Of a stretch of 64,000 bases of DNA, positions 29,960 through 42,189 are shown in pieces. How positions within the stretch are numbered: position 1 is the stretch's first letter; the number at the start of each line of letters is the position of its first letter. The stretch spans positions 3,658,001 through 3,722,000 of the forward strand of contig NC_043020.1 of the NCBI RefSeq assembly GCF_006345805.1, written 5' to 3'. The notes under the pieces are model-generated. The model was given only the letters and a program-made list of their open reading frames with translations. It was not told the origin of the DNA and did not search any database. The DNA comes from Octopus sinensis. Its lineage: Eukaryota. Both the position numbers and the translations under genes were made by a program.

Positions 29960-32523
29960 TACATACATATATGCATATACACATACATACAATGGGTTTC
30001 TTTCAGTTTCCTTCTACCAATCCACTCGCAAGACTTTGGTCAACCTTAAGCTATAGTAGAAGACATCTGCCGAAGGTGCCAAGCAGCGGACTGAACCCAG
30101 AACCATGTGGCTGGGAAGCCATCTTCTTTCCACACAGCCATGCCTGCACCTACGTTATCATTCACAAAACATAATATAAGATAAATATAGTTGTGTGGTT
30201 ATGAAGCCACAGGGTTCCAGGTTCGGTCCCATCAGGTGGTACTTTCAGCAAGTTTTCTACTATGGCCCTGGGTCAACAAATGCATCTGAATTTAGTAGAT
30301 GGAAATTGTGCAGAATCCCATTGTACATTAATGATTCAGTAAAGGGGGCAAGCTGGTAAAATCGTTAGCGCACTGGGTGAAATGCTTAGAGGTGTTTTGT
30401 CTGTCGCTATGTTCTGAGTTCAAATTCCACCAAGGTCAACTTTGCCTTTCATCCTTTCAGGATCAATGCAATAAGTACCAGTTATGCACTGAGGTTGATG
30501 TAATCAACTACCTCCTCTCCCCACAAAACTTTCAAGGCCCTGTGCCTAGAGTAGGAATAATATTAGTGGTTCAGGAAAAGAAGCTAACAGCATAAGTCCC
30601 AGACTTTAAGAATATGTTCTGGAGTGAATTTGTTCAACTAAACCTGTCATGGCAGTGCTCCAGAATGGCCTCAGTCTAACAACTGAAACTAGTAGAAAGG
30701 TTTAAATGAAATAAATCCACATTTTGCTTGCCTTCCTTTTGGATTTTTAAGATTATCCTGATATTACAGCGTCTGCCAGCCTCACCTGGCACCTGTAAAA
30801 AGCACCTGCTACACTCACGGAGTGGTTGGTGTTAGGAAGGGCATCCAGCTGTAGAAACACTGCCAGATCAGACTGGAGCCTGGTGCAGCCTCCTGGTTTC
30901 CTAGATCCCCGGTCGAACCATCTAACTCATGCTAGCATGGAAAGCGGACGTTAAACGATGATGATGACGATGATGATGATGATGATGACAACTGAACTGG
31001 ATTTAAATTTAGAAAAGGTAAGTCTGTTGTAGCAGAATAAAAACAGGCAGGAAAATCTCACCGTTTGCATGGAAGTCTTATGGTTGACATATAATGGAGA
31101 CCAAAATTGATGACATCTTGCAGTTTGTCTTCACCGAAATGTTTCTGAATACTCTAAAGTAAAACAGAATAATTCATAGATTACAAAGTGAAAGAAATGA
31201 GGTGTTGTATGGGAGGGTGTAGTGCTGTGTGTACAATGTCATTTGTTGTGTGTGGTGAAACATGTGGCTGAGGCAGATTTGGCTTTCACATTTCTGTTTG
31301 GCTTTCACATTTCTGTTTGGCATTCACATTTCAATTGATTTCAAATTTGGTGTATTGATGTAGTTTAGTATCTTAATTATTGAAATGAAATTCATTTTTA
31401 CCATAAATCAATAAATAAACATTTAACAGCTTTTAAAGTTTGCAAAGTTTGTGTAATTTTAGCCAGTCAAAATCCACAGGCATATAGGGGCCTGTTTCCA
31501 TAGCAAGAAGCCAAGCATGCTTACTCGTGTGGGGCTCTGTAGAGCAAAGTAATAAGCTGCGCTGTGAAACTCACCGTTCTATTTTGCATTTCTGAGAGTT
31601 TATGTGACAGAGTAGATTATGAAAAAATCCTAGAGAGCATCGCAAAATTTTGTTTCTGGATTTTTGATTTTCCTGTTGTATTCATGAACTAAACCTGTTT
31701 GTTTTATCAAAATTTAACATTTTTGCATGAAAATACGTGTTGCTTACAGTTGTAATGACTTTGATCCTAGGTCTGCTTGATTAGAACAAACCCGAGGTTA
31801 AAAATCTTATAATAATAATAATGAAATTATTGTACACAGTGCTCAGGTGAACCACAACTTGTCAGACAGTGCAGATTAAGCATATGCAGTAATGTACAAA
31901 TGTCTGGAAAGCAAACAATGTATGAGTCAGATACATGCTTGTGTGTGTGTGGAGGGGAGAAAATCAGGTGTAGTGTTGGCGAATCTCAGAAAGCATGGAA
32001 GTTTTGAAGGATGCTGTGCTCCGACAACTAACAACTGATGCCGGCAGTTTGTTCCATGCTTCAGCAACTCTCAGCGTGAAAAAATGTTTCCTAAAGTCAT
32101 GGGAGCTGTGCTGTTTTCTGACTTTGTAAATATGTCCACGGGTGTTATAATCCACAACATTCAAAGGTTATAGTTTGGTGTCATTTATAAACACGAGCAG
32201 AGATGCCTGGCTTTGCTCGGGATTAAAATGGCAAAGATTTTTATTGTTTTACTTGTGTCATTCATGTGACTGCAGCCATGCTGGAGCACCGTTGTTGGTT
32301 GAAGAAATCAACTGCAGGATTTATTCTTTGTAAGCCTAGCACTTTGGCTTACCAGCTCCGGCCAATCTGTCCAACCCATGCCAGCATGGAAAACAGATGC
32401 TAAATGATGATGATGTATGCAGGGTAGAGTAGTGTGTGTGTGTGTAGAAATGTGTACAGAGGTGCTGGGTAGTGGTGCTGTATGCATGAGTAATGTGAAG
32501 TAACAAAAGATACCAACTACGGG

Positions 32524-32567
<44 letters not shown>

Positions 32568-32934
32568 AACGGAGAAAGATAAAGCTATAACATGACTCAC
32601 CTCTTCACCAATTAAATCACCATTCTTGTAAGCAATCACACCATTCTCCGAGAAGAAATAATCAAATTCTTTGATAACTAGAAAAATATACAAAATCAAA
32701 AATAGTAATTTAATTATATTAGCATTATTTCTATCTGGTCATTCTTAGTTCAAATTCCGCCAAGGTCAACTTTGCCTTTCATCCTTCTGGGGGTCGATAA
32801 AATAAGAACCAGCTGATCACTGGGGTCAATGTAATTAACTCTCCTGGGATTGCTGGCCTTGTGCTAAAATTTGAAATCTTTATTTCTATCTGGTAAACCA
32901 ACAGAATTGTTACAATTTTGGATACATATATATA

Positions 32935-32965
<31 letters not shown>

Positions 32966-32977
32966 TATATATATATA

Positions 32978-33021
<44 letters not shown>

Positions 33022-33787
33022 CACACACATATATATATATATATATACATGTATACACACACACACACACACATACATATATTATATATGTGTGTGTGTG
33101 TGTCCCCAAACATATTACTCCATGCATGGATCCATTTTCATGCTTATATCTGCACTTCTTACATGTTAAACTTTTGAAATATTTTACATAGTTTTACAAT
33201 GGCTTTAATAACTTAATTGCTATAATTCCCTAATTAGTTATGTCCATTCTATTAGTGTGAAACCCATTCATGCATGCATGTGTGTGGATTTTCCCTGTCA
33301 TAGAAAACAAATGGAATTTATGTAACTTTCTGCCGAACAACCTGAACAAACGAGTTGTTTCCGGTGATCGAATGTTTTTGTGCATTTGCTAACTTCCTGC
33401 ATCGAAACAGCATTGCCTGCACAAGTGCATGTTGTGGCACTCATCGCATGTCAAAGTGATCGCAGAGCCATTTGAGATGAAGTGTTTTTCCTGAAGCACA
33501 CAATGCACCGTCTGCTCCAGGAATTGAAACTACAATGCAGAGATCATGAGCGCAACACCCAAACCACCAAACCACAGGACTTGACATGCATATATGTAGA
33601 TATGTGATTCCTGATAATGTCCACAGCTACCATATACTCACCATCAGAATTACTTCCCATCTGCTCCACAATCTTTGCTTTGTCAGAGCCTCCCACTAAA
33701 CCAACGGCCACTTTCTGCTGTAAGGCCTTTAAAGATTCTTTCATTTCACCACTGATTACCTGCAAGAGACAGAACAACAAGTGTCAT

Positions 33788-33841
<54 letters not shown>

Positions 33842-36800
33842 AAGAGAGAGAGAGAGCAAGAGTGAGAGAGAGCAAGAGTGAGAGATCATAACAGTGCATG
33901 TGTTGTGAGGAGAGTGGAATGCTAATTTGTATGGCATTACCTTCATCAAAGGTGTTTCAATGGCATATTTTTCACATGTAGAGCCAAGACCACCTTGTAC
34001 CTGAAAGTGGTTGATGTTAGAAAGAGTGTCCAGTCATAGAAACGATACCAAAACCTGAGACATTCAAAGGAGATGGAGTCCTTCCTCTCTTTTACATCTG
34101 TAACCTTGTCTACAGTAATAACCAATTTAATGTATCATGGTATGGAAAGCAGATATGATGAGGATGATGATGATGAAAATGAAAAACAGAGGGTGGGGGG
34201 GTTGATTCAAATTTTTTTATCTCCTTCCCCACTGAAATTTCAAGGGATGATTTGGGACAAACTAAAAGAGCACCATTTGGAAGACATAAAATTGTGCCAT
34301 AATTACTTTGTTGATCAGAATAACCAATTCTATGCATCTCCTGATTGATCGCATTTGTCCCAAATTACTCCCCCCCCCATCAAAATGAGAATTTTGGTGG
34401 GATAGGATAAAAAAACTCAAATTACAAAAAGTTTTTTTTTTTTGTTTAATCGTACAATATGGAATTTGTAGAACATAAATTTGTAAAAAATTTTCTGAAA
34501 ATACCACAAAACTTGGAGAAGTAATGACAGGTGAACTAGATAGTCACCTTTGAGCATAGGTATACTCGGTCAGGATTAATCTGACATTAAATGGAATTTC
34601 TATTTTTGTGGTACCAGTGCCGGTGGCACATAAGAAAACCATCCGAATGTGGCCGTAGCCAGTACCGCATCGACTGGCCTCCGTGCTGTGGGCACGTAAC
34701 AAACACCATTCGATCGTGGCCGTGCCAGCCTCGCCTGGCCTCCGTGCCAGTGGCATGTAACAAACACTATCCGAGCGTGGCCGTTCGCCAGCCTCGTCTG
34801 GCACCTGTGTCGGTGGCACATAAAAAACACCATCCGAGCGTGGCCGTTCGCCAGCCTCGTCTGGCACCTGTGTCGGTGGCACATAAAAAACACCATCCAA
34901 GCCTGGCCATTCGCCAGCCTCGTCTGGCACCTGTGTCGGTGGCACATAAAAAAATAAAAACACCATCCGAGCATGGCCGTTCGCCAGCCTCGTCTGGCAC
35001 CTGTGTCGGTGGCACATAAAAAGCATCCACTACACTCACGGAGTGGTTGGCGTTAGGAAGGGCATCCAGCTGTAGAAACACTGCCAGATCTGACTGGCCT
35101 ACGCAACTTTCGGGCTTCCCAGACCCCAGTTGAACCGTCCAACTCATACTAGCATGGAAAGTGGATGTTAAACGAAGATGATAATGATGATAAACAACAA
35201 TATTGGGGTTAAAATATTATATACAGAACTGTAATTATTAAGTGGAAAACAGTAAATATATTGATTTGTTGTAGTTGTGGCTCTCTGCATTCTGAGTTTA
35301 GTTGAAATCCTGATGAAGTCAGCTTTGCTCTTCATCCATTTGGGATGAATGAAAGAAAGAGGCACCTCTTTTTGCTCACAACTTTCTGAAAAATGCCTGT
35401 TTACACATGCCTTACTTAGGGTCCATGTAGTATCATGGGTCAAAAAAAGGTTCAACTTCTTGCCTAATGCGAGTCCAGAACAATCTCTTATCTCATCCAT
35501 TATTTCAGTATTACGTGTCAAAAGTGAAACAATAACATCTCTATTGTAATGAGAGATACTTCCGGAGACAAGTTTCAAGAATGTAAATTATGATTAAATT
35601 GGTAAACATTTAAAAAAAAGGGAAAAGAAAATTGTTTATCTTTTCAGGGTCTTTCTCCCCGTCTCCCAGTTTTGTTTCCGATTTTTAATGAGATTTTGCA
35701 GAAATATGCTTTCAAGAATGTAGGTTATGCGAAGTTGATGGTTCAAACGTATCATCATCATCATCATTCTTTAAAGTTCATTTTCCATGCTGGCATGGGT
35801 TGGACAGTTTGACCAGGGTCAGCGAGCTGGAGAACTGCACCATATTCCAGTCTGATTTGGCTAGATGCCCCTTCCTAATGCCAACCACTTTGCAGAGTGT
35901 GCTGGGTGCTTTTCATGTGGCCCTGGCACAAGCACATTCTTATATGGCGCCAGCACGAGTGCCTTTTTATATGGCACCAACACACAGGGCTCTTGCAAGC
36001 TGAACTGAGACCTTAGTGTTTAGGGGTGTTACACTCCCGATTGCCATTTTGATATCTGGACTGTGTGATAGATTGTGTTCTTGAGCAAAACACTTCATTT
36101 CTTGTTGCTCAAGTCCACTCAGCAAGCAAAAATGAGTAATCCAGCAATGGACTGGACCCCATCCATGGTGATGGTGGGGGAGGAGGATATATAGGTCATA
36201 GAATCCAGGAAACTGATCTTATGAGCTTGGGAAGGACCTTTGGGTCATTTTTGTAGGCACAGGTGTGACTGTGTGGTAAGAAGTTTGAATTACATGGTTC
36301 GAGGTTAACATGCTTCTTTGGAATTTTCAGAAAAGTGTTGGGAATTTGTGTTCTACACATGGGAGTTTATACGATTATGAAAAAAAAAAAATTTTGTTTT
36401 TAATTTTTTTACCCCTTTTCCCATAAAATTCTAAAATTTCTACACTTTTACGATCTTTTTTTTTTTTTGCAAATCAATCCGAAATTTTAAACATTGACCG
36501 AATTTTTTGCTTAAATCTCAACAGCCTTAGGTGCGTCATCATTCCAGTAAATATGTTTATGGAGAGAAAAAATACTGAAACGAAGATATCAGGTGGTCGT
36601 GGTGTGTGCTAAAAATAACAGCCAAATCGCCCAAAAAACTTTTTGCATAATTGTATGAATTCCCGCGAGTAGAATACAAATTCAGGAAAATTTTCTGAAA
36701 ATCCCCAAAAATAAAACAAGTTACGAGGGGTTATATGGGATGCTAAAAGCAGAATTCCGCCCCCAAAAAATCCCTTCCTTGAATAGAGAAAAGACATTTC

Positions 36801-37427
36801 GATTGGTTGAACATGAAATGTAAAATCAGTGCAAGACATGTGACACGTGTAGAGAAAAAAGGGTTTATCAAAAATTAGAATTCGTGCGAAACGAATAGAA
36901 GAAAGTGTCACTGGAACGAAGAGTTAGGTTTAGGCTGGTGAAAGAAAGTTAGAATTCGGATGAAACAAAACGAAGAAAAACACGAGATTACTGTAAGAAA
37001 AATCTAAGAATGAGATTGGTATAAGAAAAATCCAAGAAGGAATAACGGAAACGGAGCAGACGATTTAATCAAAGTTTTGATTCGGAGTTTTGGGAGGTCT
37101 TTATTCACCTCGTTTTTGTGAATTTTACGAATTTAGCTTCACGTTTCCCGGTGTTTTAGATTAGTTGATCAGAATTTCATTCATAAGTTGAGGCATTCTT
37201 TATGTAGGAACAAAATGAAACCGTTTGTTTTGAAGTCATAACGTAAAGGGTCATAACTGAATACCACGGGTAGTCTTCGGTTTATACCATATTCTATACG
37301 TTATAATTTATAGCTTTGTCTGCTTCGAATCTCACCGTAAAAATAAAATCAACGTCTGAATACTGCCTGTAATTTGTTCGACGCACTGATATTTCCAATC
37401 CAATGTACATCGTACTATCGGATCTCA

Positions 37428-37459
<32 letters not shown>

Positions 37460-37836
37460 CTATTCTCTTAAACATTTGTGCAAACGAAAGGGCTTCTACG
37501 TGGTCGTTTGGCCTGCTAGAAATAAGGCGACCCTTGATGTTTAGCCTGCTAGAAATAAGGCAACCCTTGATTAGAAGACGGGAAGGTCACAACTGGAATG
37601 CCGTTGGTTAAATCCACGCGATCTGGCTATAAACAACATGTATTCGCCAGCAAACACTAACTGAACGGGTAACTAAAAGGCGGGTGGACAGAAGCAAACC
37701 AAAAGCATCATGGATGTCAAAACAGGATAGCTGAAGAGATTAGAAAAAGCAAAACCAGGAAACTGACCTGCCGGGGTAACGTCAGGGTACCGTCGATGTC
37801 AAACAAACAGATCGTGCTCATATCACGACTGGCCAT
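24840..37836 (-). CDS. PMM2: Phosphomannomutase (eukaryotic PMM, HAD IIB), complete; complement join(37768-37836,33642-33759,32601-32677,31062-31153,28361-28460,27037-27228,24840-24944)
   Basis: 69+118+77+92+100+192+105 = 753 nt = 250 aa + stop. Motifs: [68 protein letters not shown]. All introns are GT-AG. PMM2 is the closest named human family member. Confidence 0.97.
25071..25290 (-). mobile_element. RTE 3'-UTR copy ending in a 20-bp tandem array
   Basis: ccaaccactccgtgagtgta repeated about 4.5 times at 25205-25290. Confidence 0.78.
27037..27228 (-). CDS. PMM2: PMM exon 6
   Basis: ttttag|[64 protein letters not shown]|gtaagg; 192 nt. Confidence 0.96.
27777..27994 (-). mobile_element. tRNA-type SINE, family A
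   Basis: Near-full-length reverse-complement copy that retains CpGs. Confidence 0.82.
28361..28460 (-). CDS. PMM2: PMM exon 5 (not in ORF track)
   Basis: ttttag|[33 protein letters not shown]|gtaggt; 100 nt. Confidence 0.95.
28735..29430. mobile_element. Two RTE 3'-UTR copies in opposite orientation (about 28735-29085 on -, 29200-29430 on +)
   Basis: (CAT)n tail at the left end and (GAT)n tail at the right end. Confidence 0.72.
29670..30145 (-). mobile_element. SINE family B with an internal microsatellite
   Basis: Reverse complement of 61997-62430; internal (TA)/(CA) tract. Confidence 0.75.
30770..30990 (+). mobile_element. RTE 3'-UTR copy
   Basis: ..gaaagcggacgttaaacgatgatgatgacgatgat. 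Confidence 0.8.
31062..31153 (-). CDS. PMM2: PMM exon 4 (not in ORF track)
   Basis: ctttag|[30 protein letters not shown](R)|gtgaga; 92 nt. Confidence 0.95.
31808..32165 (-). mobile_element. CR1/L2-type LINE 3' end
   Basis: [34 protein letters not shown]; (ATT)n tail near 31810. Confidence 0.85.
32601..32677 (-). CDS. PMM2: PMM exon 3
   Basis: ttctag|(V)[25 protein letters not shown]|gtgagt; 77 nt. Confidence 0.95.
33642..33759 (-). CDS. PMM2: PMM exon 2
   Basis: ttgcag|[39 protein letters not shown](V)|gtgagt. Confidence 0.95.
34612..35190 (+). mobile_element. RTE 3'-UTR copy with an expanded array of about 63-bp units (about 7)
   Basis: gcacctgtgt recurs at 34801, 34864, 34927 and 34997; the array explains four overlapping ORFs. 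Confidence 0.85.
35400..35561. repeat. 162-bp repeat, inverted partner of 38824-38985
   Basis: I count 3 mismatches between the two copies. Confidence 0.85.
35750..35990 (-). mobile_element. Older RTE 3'-UTR copy
   Basis: (CAT)n..ttttccatgctggcatgggttggac..gcccttcctaatgccaaccac. Confidence 0.7.
36300..36730. mobile_element. Degenerate MITE with imperfect inverted ends of about 90 bp
   Basis: gaatttgtgttctacacatgggagtttatacgattatg versus cataattgtatgaattcccgcgagtagaatacaaattc; related fragment at about 34390-34500. Confidence 0.55.
37768..37836 (-). CDS. PMM2: PMM exon 1 (start codon)
   Basis: caagATG; [23 protein letters not shown]|gtcagt. Confidence 0.95.
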
Positions 37837-38700
37837 CTTGCTGGAATGAAACTAAAACAGATTTACACGATGGTGAATTGACAGCGATCACTCAAGAAGA
37901 GAAGTCGGTGCGCGAAGGTGTGGCGGTGGCGGCGGCGGCGGTGGTGGTGGTGGTGGTAATAGTAGTAGCAGTACGGCTGTTGTTATTGTGGCGGTGATAT
38001 GTTGCTTCGTGTCAGGTCAACCCTGATTGAGCAGACCTATAATCAAACACAATCCAGTTATAACCCTATACCGAAGGATCGCCGACCATCGGTACTACTA
38101 GCGAACAGTGGTCCCGGTGCGCGCATCCGCGCTAGCTAGTCATAAGTAGTCGATCCTAAATAATTTTTAAAACTAAGTAAATAAATTATTTTTATAAACA
38201 AACTAAGGTTAGGGTTAGGTTTAGGGTTAAAAAATTAGGGTTAGGGTTAGGGTTAAAAAGTCGTTGTAGGATCGACTACTTACGACTAGCTAGCGCGGAT
38301 GCGCGGATGCACGCACCGGGACCACTTTTCGCTAGTAGTATCCCGATTTATATCCTTATCCAAAGCAGTTGAGTATGCTTTGGCAGCTATTTCTTGCAGC
38401 TGGCGAGACGCATAGAGGCTTTCTCGCTGAATTAATGTTGTTGTCGTTGTTGGTGTTGGTGGTGGCGACAATGGCGTTGGTAACAATCGTTTCTTTGCGT
38501 CGGTGCAGTCGCTGGGTGGCGAGGGTGACGTCAACTTGAACTGTCCACCACACTTCCCACATAAAAGCAGTGATTGTTGTTTAGTCAACCTGGTTACCCT
38601 GATCGAACACACGGCAAGACTTCCTTTTGTAACCACCCCACCCAAAAAAAAACTATTTTTATTTTTTTATTTACCCGTTTTCGGGTCCCGGAGGTTACGA
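37837..38700 (-). promoter_or_regulatory. CpG-retaining PMM 5'/promoter region
   Basis: Lies directly upstream of the ATG and is CpG-rich relative to the introns. Contains (GGC/GGT)n at about 37921-37958, a MITE at 38090-38345 and a full palindromic CRE TGACGTCA at 38526-38533. Confidence 0.5.
38090..38345. mobile_element. CpG-rich MITE with long TIRs (about 70 bp) and internal TTAGGG repeats
   Basis: TIR cggtactactagcgaacagtggtcccggtgcgcgcatccgcgctagctagtc..gatccta; AT on both flanks; TTAGGG/TTAGGT units at about 38207-38254. Confidence 0.88.
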
Positions 38701-38823
38701 ATCTGAAAAAAAAAACTGGCAAAAATCGGCATTTCAAAAATCTTGGGGGGGGGGGGGGGGGGCATAACACTGTATATGTTTGAGAAAATAGTTTCAGTAT
38801 TAAAAGTGAAACTTTTAAACTGA

Positions 38824-38985
38824 AAGTATCTCTCATTACAATAGAGATGTTATTGTTTCACTTTTGACACATAATACTGAAATAATGGATGAGATAAGAG
38901 ATTGTTCTGGGCTCGTATTAGGCAAGAAGTTGAACCTTTTTTTGACCCATGATACTACATGGACCCTAAGTAAGGCATGTGTAAA
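38824..38985. repeat. 162-bp repeat, inverted partner of 35400-35561
   Basis: Direct comparison of the two copies. Confidence 0.85.
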
Positions 38986-39009
38986 ATTTCATTCTCATCT
39001 TTATATATA

Positions 39010-40803
39010 CTAGCAGCGATAACCGGCGTTGCTCGTGTCACATGGAATTGAAGAATTAGACTTTCTTTTTATATTTTCACTAATGAACTGGAATACCTAT
39101 GATTTGAATTTCATCAAAATTGCAGATTAAGAATTTTAATGAGGGTTCCTTCCCTCTTTACAAACCCTAACAAAAATTCTAATCATGACATATTTATCCC
39201 ATACTACTCATCTTTATGCCCAGACTCCAAAATCCAAATCTTATGAAACCTATTCAAAGGTTTTTGCTCCTGAAAAACGGAGCACATGTAGCTCTAAAAT
39301 ATGGGGAGTTAAGGCTCCTATTAGGGGTAGGGGTTGAATTGTTGGGAATCTTTTTTAACATGGGTCTTATATTTATTGTTAAAATTTCTTTGAAATTGGA
39401 AATATATGAATGTTCACTGGGTTTGTAAAAGAGAGCAAAGCTACAGGAAACCAAAAGACAAATAATTACAATAAGCAGTCAGCTACCCTACCCTAGTTGT
39501 TACCACTCCCTGTTGTAGGATTCCTCACCATACAGGTGATGGGCTCAGCCGTAAGATGCATTATGGATCTATAGCAATTGGAAGGGTGCAACCCAGCTGA
39601 AATAAACATTAACAACTGTGTGATGTGACAGGTAAAGGGAAATGAAAGTGTCACCCCTGGAGTTTGCCAATGATCACTATGCCGCCAGGTAACTGGACAG
39701 AATAAGTTTGCAATCTATAAGTCTCTTTGAATAACCAATCACTTATCTGGAAAGGCTTTGAAATCAATGTTACCATCTGGGGACTATCCCTGACCCAGTG
39801 ATAATAAAAAGGGGAGGTCTGCAACCAAGTAACTTTACTCAAAACAACACTTTGCAACTGAATCAGTGGTGGCAAAGATGCCTCTGCTTTACTTGACAAT
39901 TTATGAACCACGTCGCAGAAATCACAATCTATGTATATCTCAAAGCAAACCCTTACACTGTTGTACCATTGAATTACAAATAATGCTCATCTTCTATGTT
40001 TGGCTGACTCTACAGCTTCCTAGACTACAATTGTATTCATCTTGGCTTAAGGAAAATGACTAAATTGTGGGTGTTAAGCCCCCATTAAAGGGTCTTACTA
40101 AGCCATAAGAAGTTGAAATTTTAGGAATATTACTTCATTTGTGTCTAATGTCTATGATTAAAATTTCATCAACAGCAAAAATATATGAATTTTCATGGGG
40201 GTTATGGCCTTATTTATGCCCCCCCCCCACTTTCAAACACATACTGCATTACATCTGTCCTTATGCATAGAATATAATTTCCAAATTTCATAAAGATCCA
40301 TTCAGTACTTTTGACTTAGTTTTGGATCATAAAAGAAATGACTAAAATTTGGGAGTTAAGGCACCCATTAGGGGGTCTTAGAATCCTCATGAGGAGCAGA
40401 AACTTTGGGAATACTTCTTGATGTGTCGATTTCATCAGCATCACAAATTTATGAATTTTCATTGGGGGTTTTGCCCCCTTTAAGCTATCTCAAATTCAAA
40501 CCAAACATACTGCATTATACCCACCCTTATGCATTGAATCTAAGTTCCAAATATCATAAGGATCCATTCAGTAATTTGGATTTTGGAATCTGGGCATAAT
40601 GATGAGTAGTATGGGATAAATATGTCAGGATTAGAATTTTTGTTAGGGTTTGTAAAGAGGGAAAGGACCCTCATTAAAATTCTTAATCTGCAATTTTGAT
40701 GAAATTCAAATCATAGGTATTCCAGTTCATTAAGGAAAATATAAAAGAAAAGTCTAATTCTTCAATTCCATGTGACACAGGCAAAGCCAGGTATCTCTGC
40801 TAG
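39010..40803. mobile_element. 1.8-kb element with inverted termini of about 230 bp, each ending in a Helitron-type hairpin + CTAG|T
   Basis: 39010-39240 is the reverse complement of about 40572-40803. Internal direct units of about 280 bp at about 39290, 40055 and 40337. Confidence 0.78.
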
Positions 40804-41067
40804 TATAATATAAAGTATAGTGCAGATTTTAATATTTTAAAGCTATGGCTAAAATGAAGCTGTATAGTATACTCAGGTAATTCTAAAGTATGAATTTAAT
40901 TAAAGTTTCCCTCATAATGGGGTTTATATCTTCACTGGTTAAAGTCAATTAATAATGGAGGGTATACAATAAAAATTTTAAGATACAGCTTTATTGTTTG
41001 GTTGTGAAGGAAATTTCTCGTTTCTTATTCTAAAGAAAGATCAGAGCTATTAGTATTATGTTGCATT

Positions 41068-41303
41068 AGTAAGGTGGTGAGCTGGCAGGAACGTTAACAC
41101 GCCGGAGGAAATGTTTAGCGGTATTTCGTCTGTTGTTACGTTGTGAGTTCAAAATCCGCTGAGGTCGACTTTGCCTTTCGTCCTTTCGGGGTCGATAAAT
41201 TACGTACCAGTTACACACTGGGGTCGATGTAATCGACGTAATACCTATGCCTGTCCTTGTTTGTCCCCTCTATGTGTAGCCCCTTGTGGGTAATAAAGAA
41301 ATA
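41068..41303 (+). mobile_element. tRNA-type SINE, family A, with 16-bp TSD
   Basis: TSD agtattatg(t/t)(t/a)gcatt at 41052-41067 and 41304-41319 (1 mismatch). Confidence 0.86.
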
Positions 41304-42189
41304 AGTATTATGTAGCATTTAAATACACTAACAGATACGTTCAATTATGCAGAAAAACTATTAGGGGGATAAAAAAATTATATTATTCTATGAGGAATTT
41401 AAAGATTTGTGCAAAATAAAGGAAAATATAAGGTATTTTTTTTTTTTAGAAAAAACCTCACTACTAAATTCTAAAACTATTATAATCAAGAACACGAGGT
41501 TATCTCCCTTCGTCTATTTAGGGGAAAGAATTTGGATAAATTGACAGAGAAGAATAATATTTATTTTGCAATCAAAGCATACTGAATGGATGAATATAAA
41601 TTATGTGTATGATATAGATACATGCATATGCACATGTACATATATATATACACATATACATATATGCACATATACTTATACACATAGTGACAGGCAAAAT
41701 ACCGCTAACGATTCTGCCAGCCATTTATACTGTAAAACCTGAGTGGTTCGGCTGAGCAACTGGAACATTCATTCGTTCAAACCGATGTTAAATTAATAGT
41801 AAATTAGGCGCAAAAATAATGAACAATTTTCTGCGAAAAAAATTAACTTGCATGATTTATCTCCCTTAAATTTATTTTTCATAATTACTTCCCTTTAGTT
41901 ATGGATTGTGACTAGTTTCTTCATGAGTAGAAAGAAATGCTACAAGCAAGAATTTTGACCTTTTCCTTCGAGTACGACACTCGCTATTTTGAAGAGCCAA
42001 ACGTAAATTTAACATATTTTTCTTTAGCCTTAATTTACAAAACTTTTATCTCGTTATACTTTTCAAATTGCCAAAATGAACGGAGCTACAGAATGAAGGT
42101 TAATAAGGGACACCGCCTAAAGGACCTGATTTTAATTTTGCATCAAACCTCCAATTGGGAAGACGGAAGTGGGTAAGAGAAAATGGCAT

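Noticed and set aside
34544-35147. Four overlapping 124-160 aa repetitive ORFs; superficially CRISPR-like array
   Set aside because: It is a 63-bp tandem array with no unique spacers inside a LINE 3' UTR, in a eukaryote, with no cas genes.
38207-38254. TTAGGG repeats as a chromosome end or fusion scar
   Set aside because: There are only a few units, all on one strand, enclosed by MITE TIRs.
38286-38645. 119-aa ORF with CGKCGG (zinc-ribbon-like)
   Set aside because: It is built from a common repeat fragment, a simple repeat and the MITE TIR; there is no second Cys pair and no splice support.
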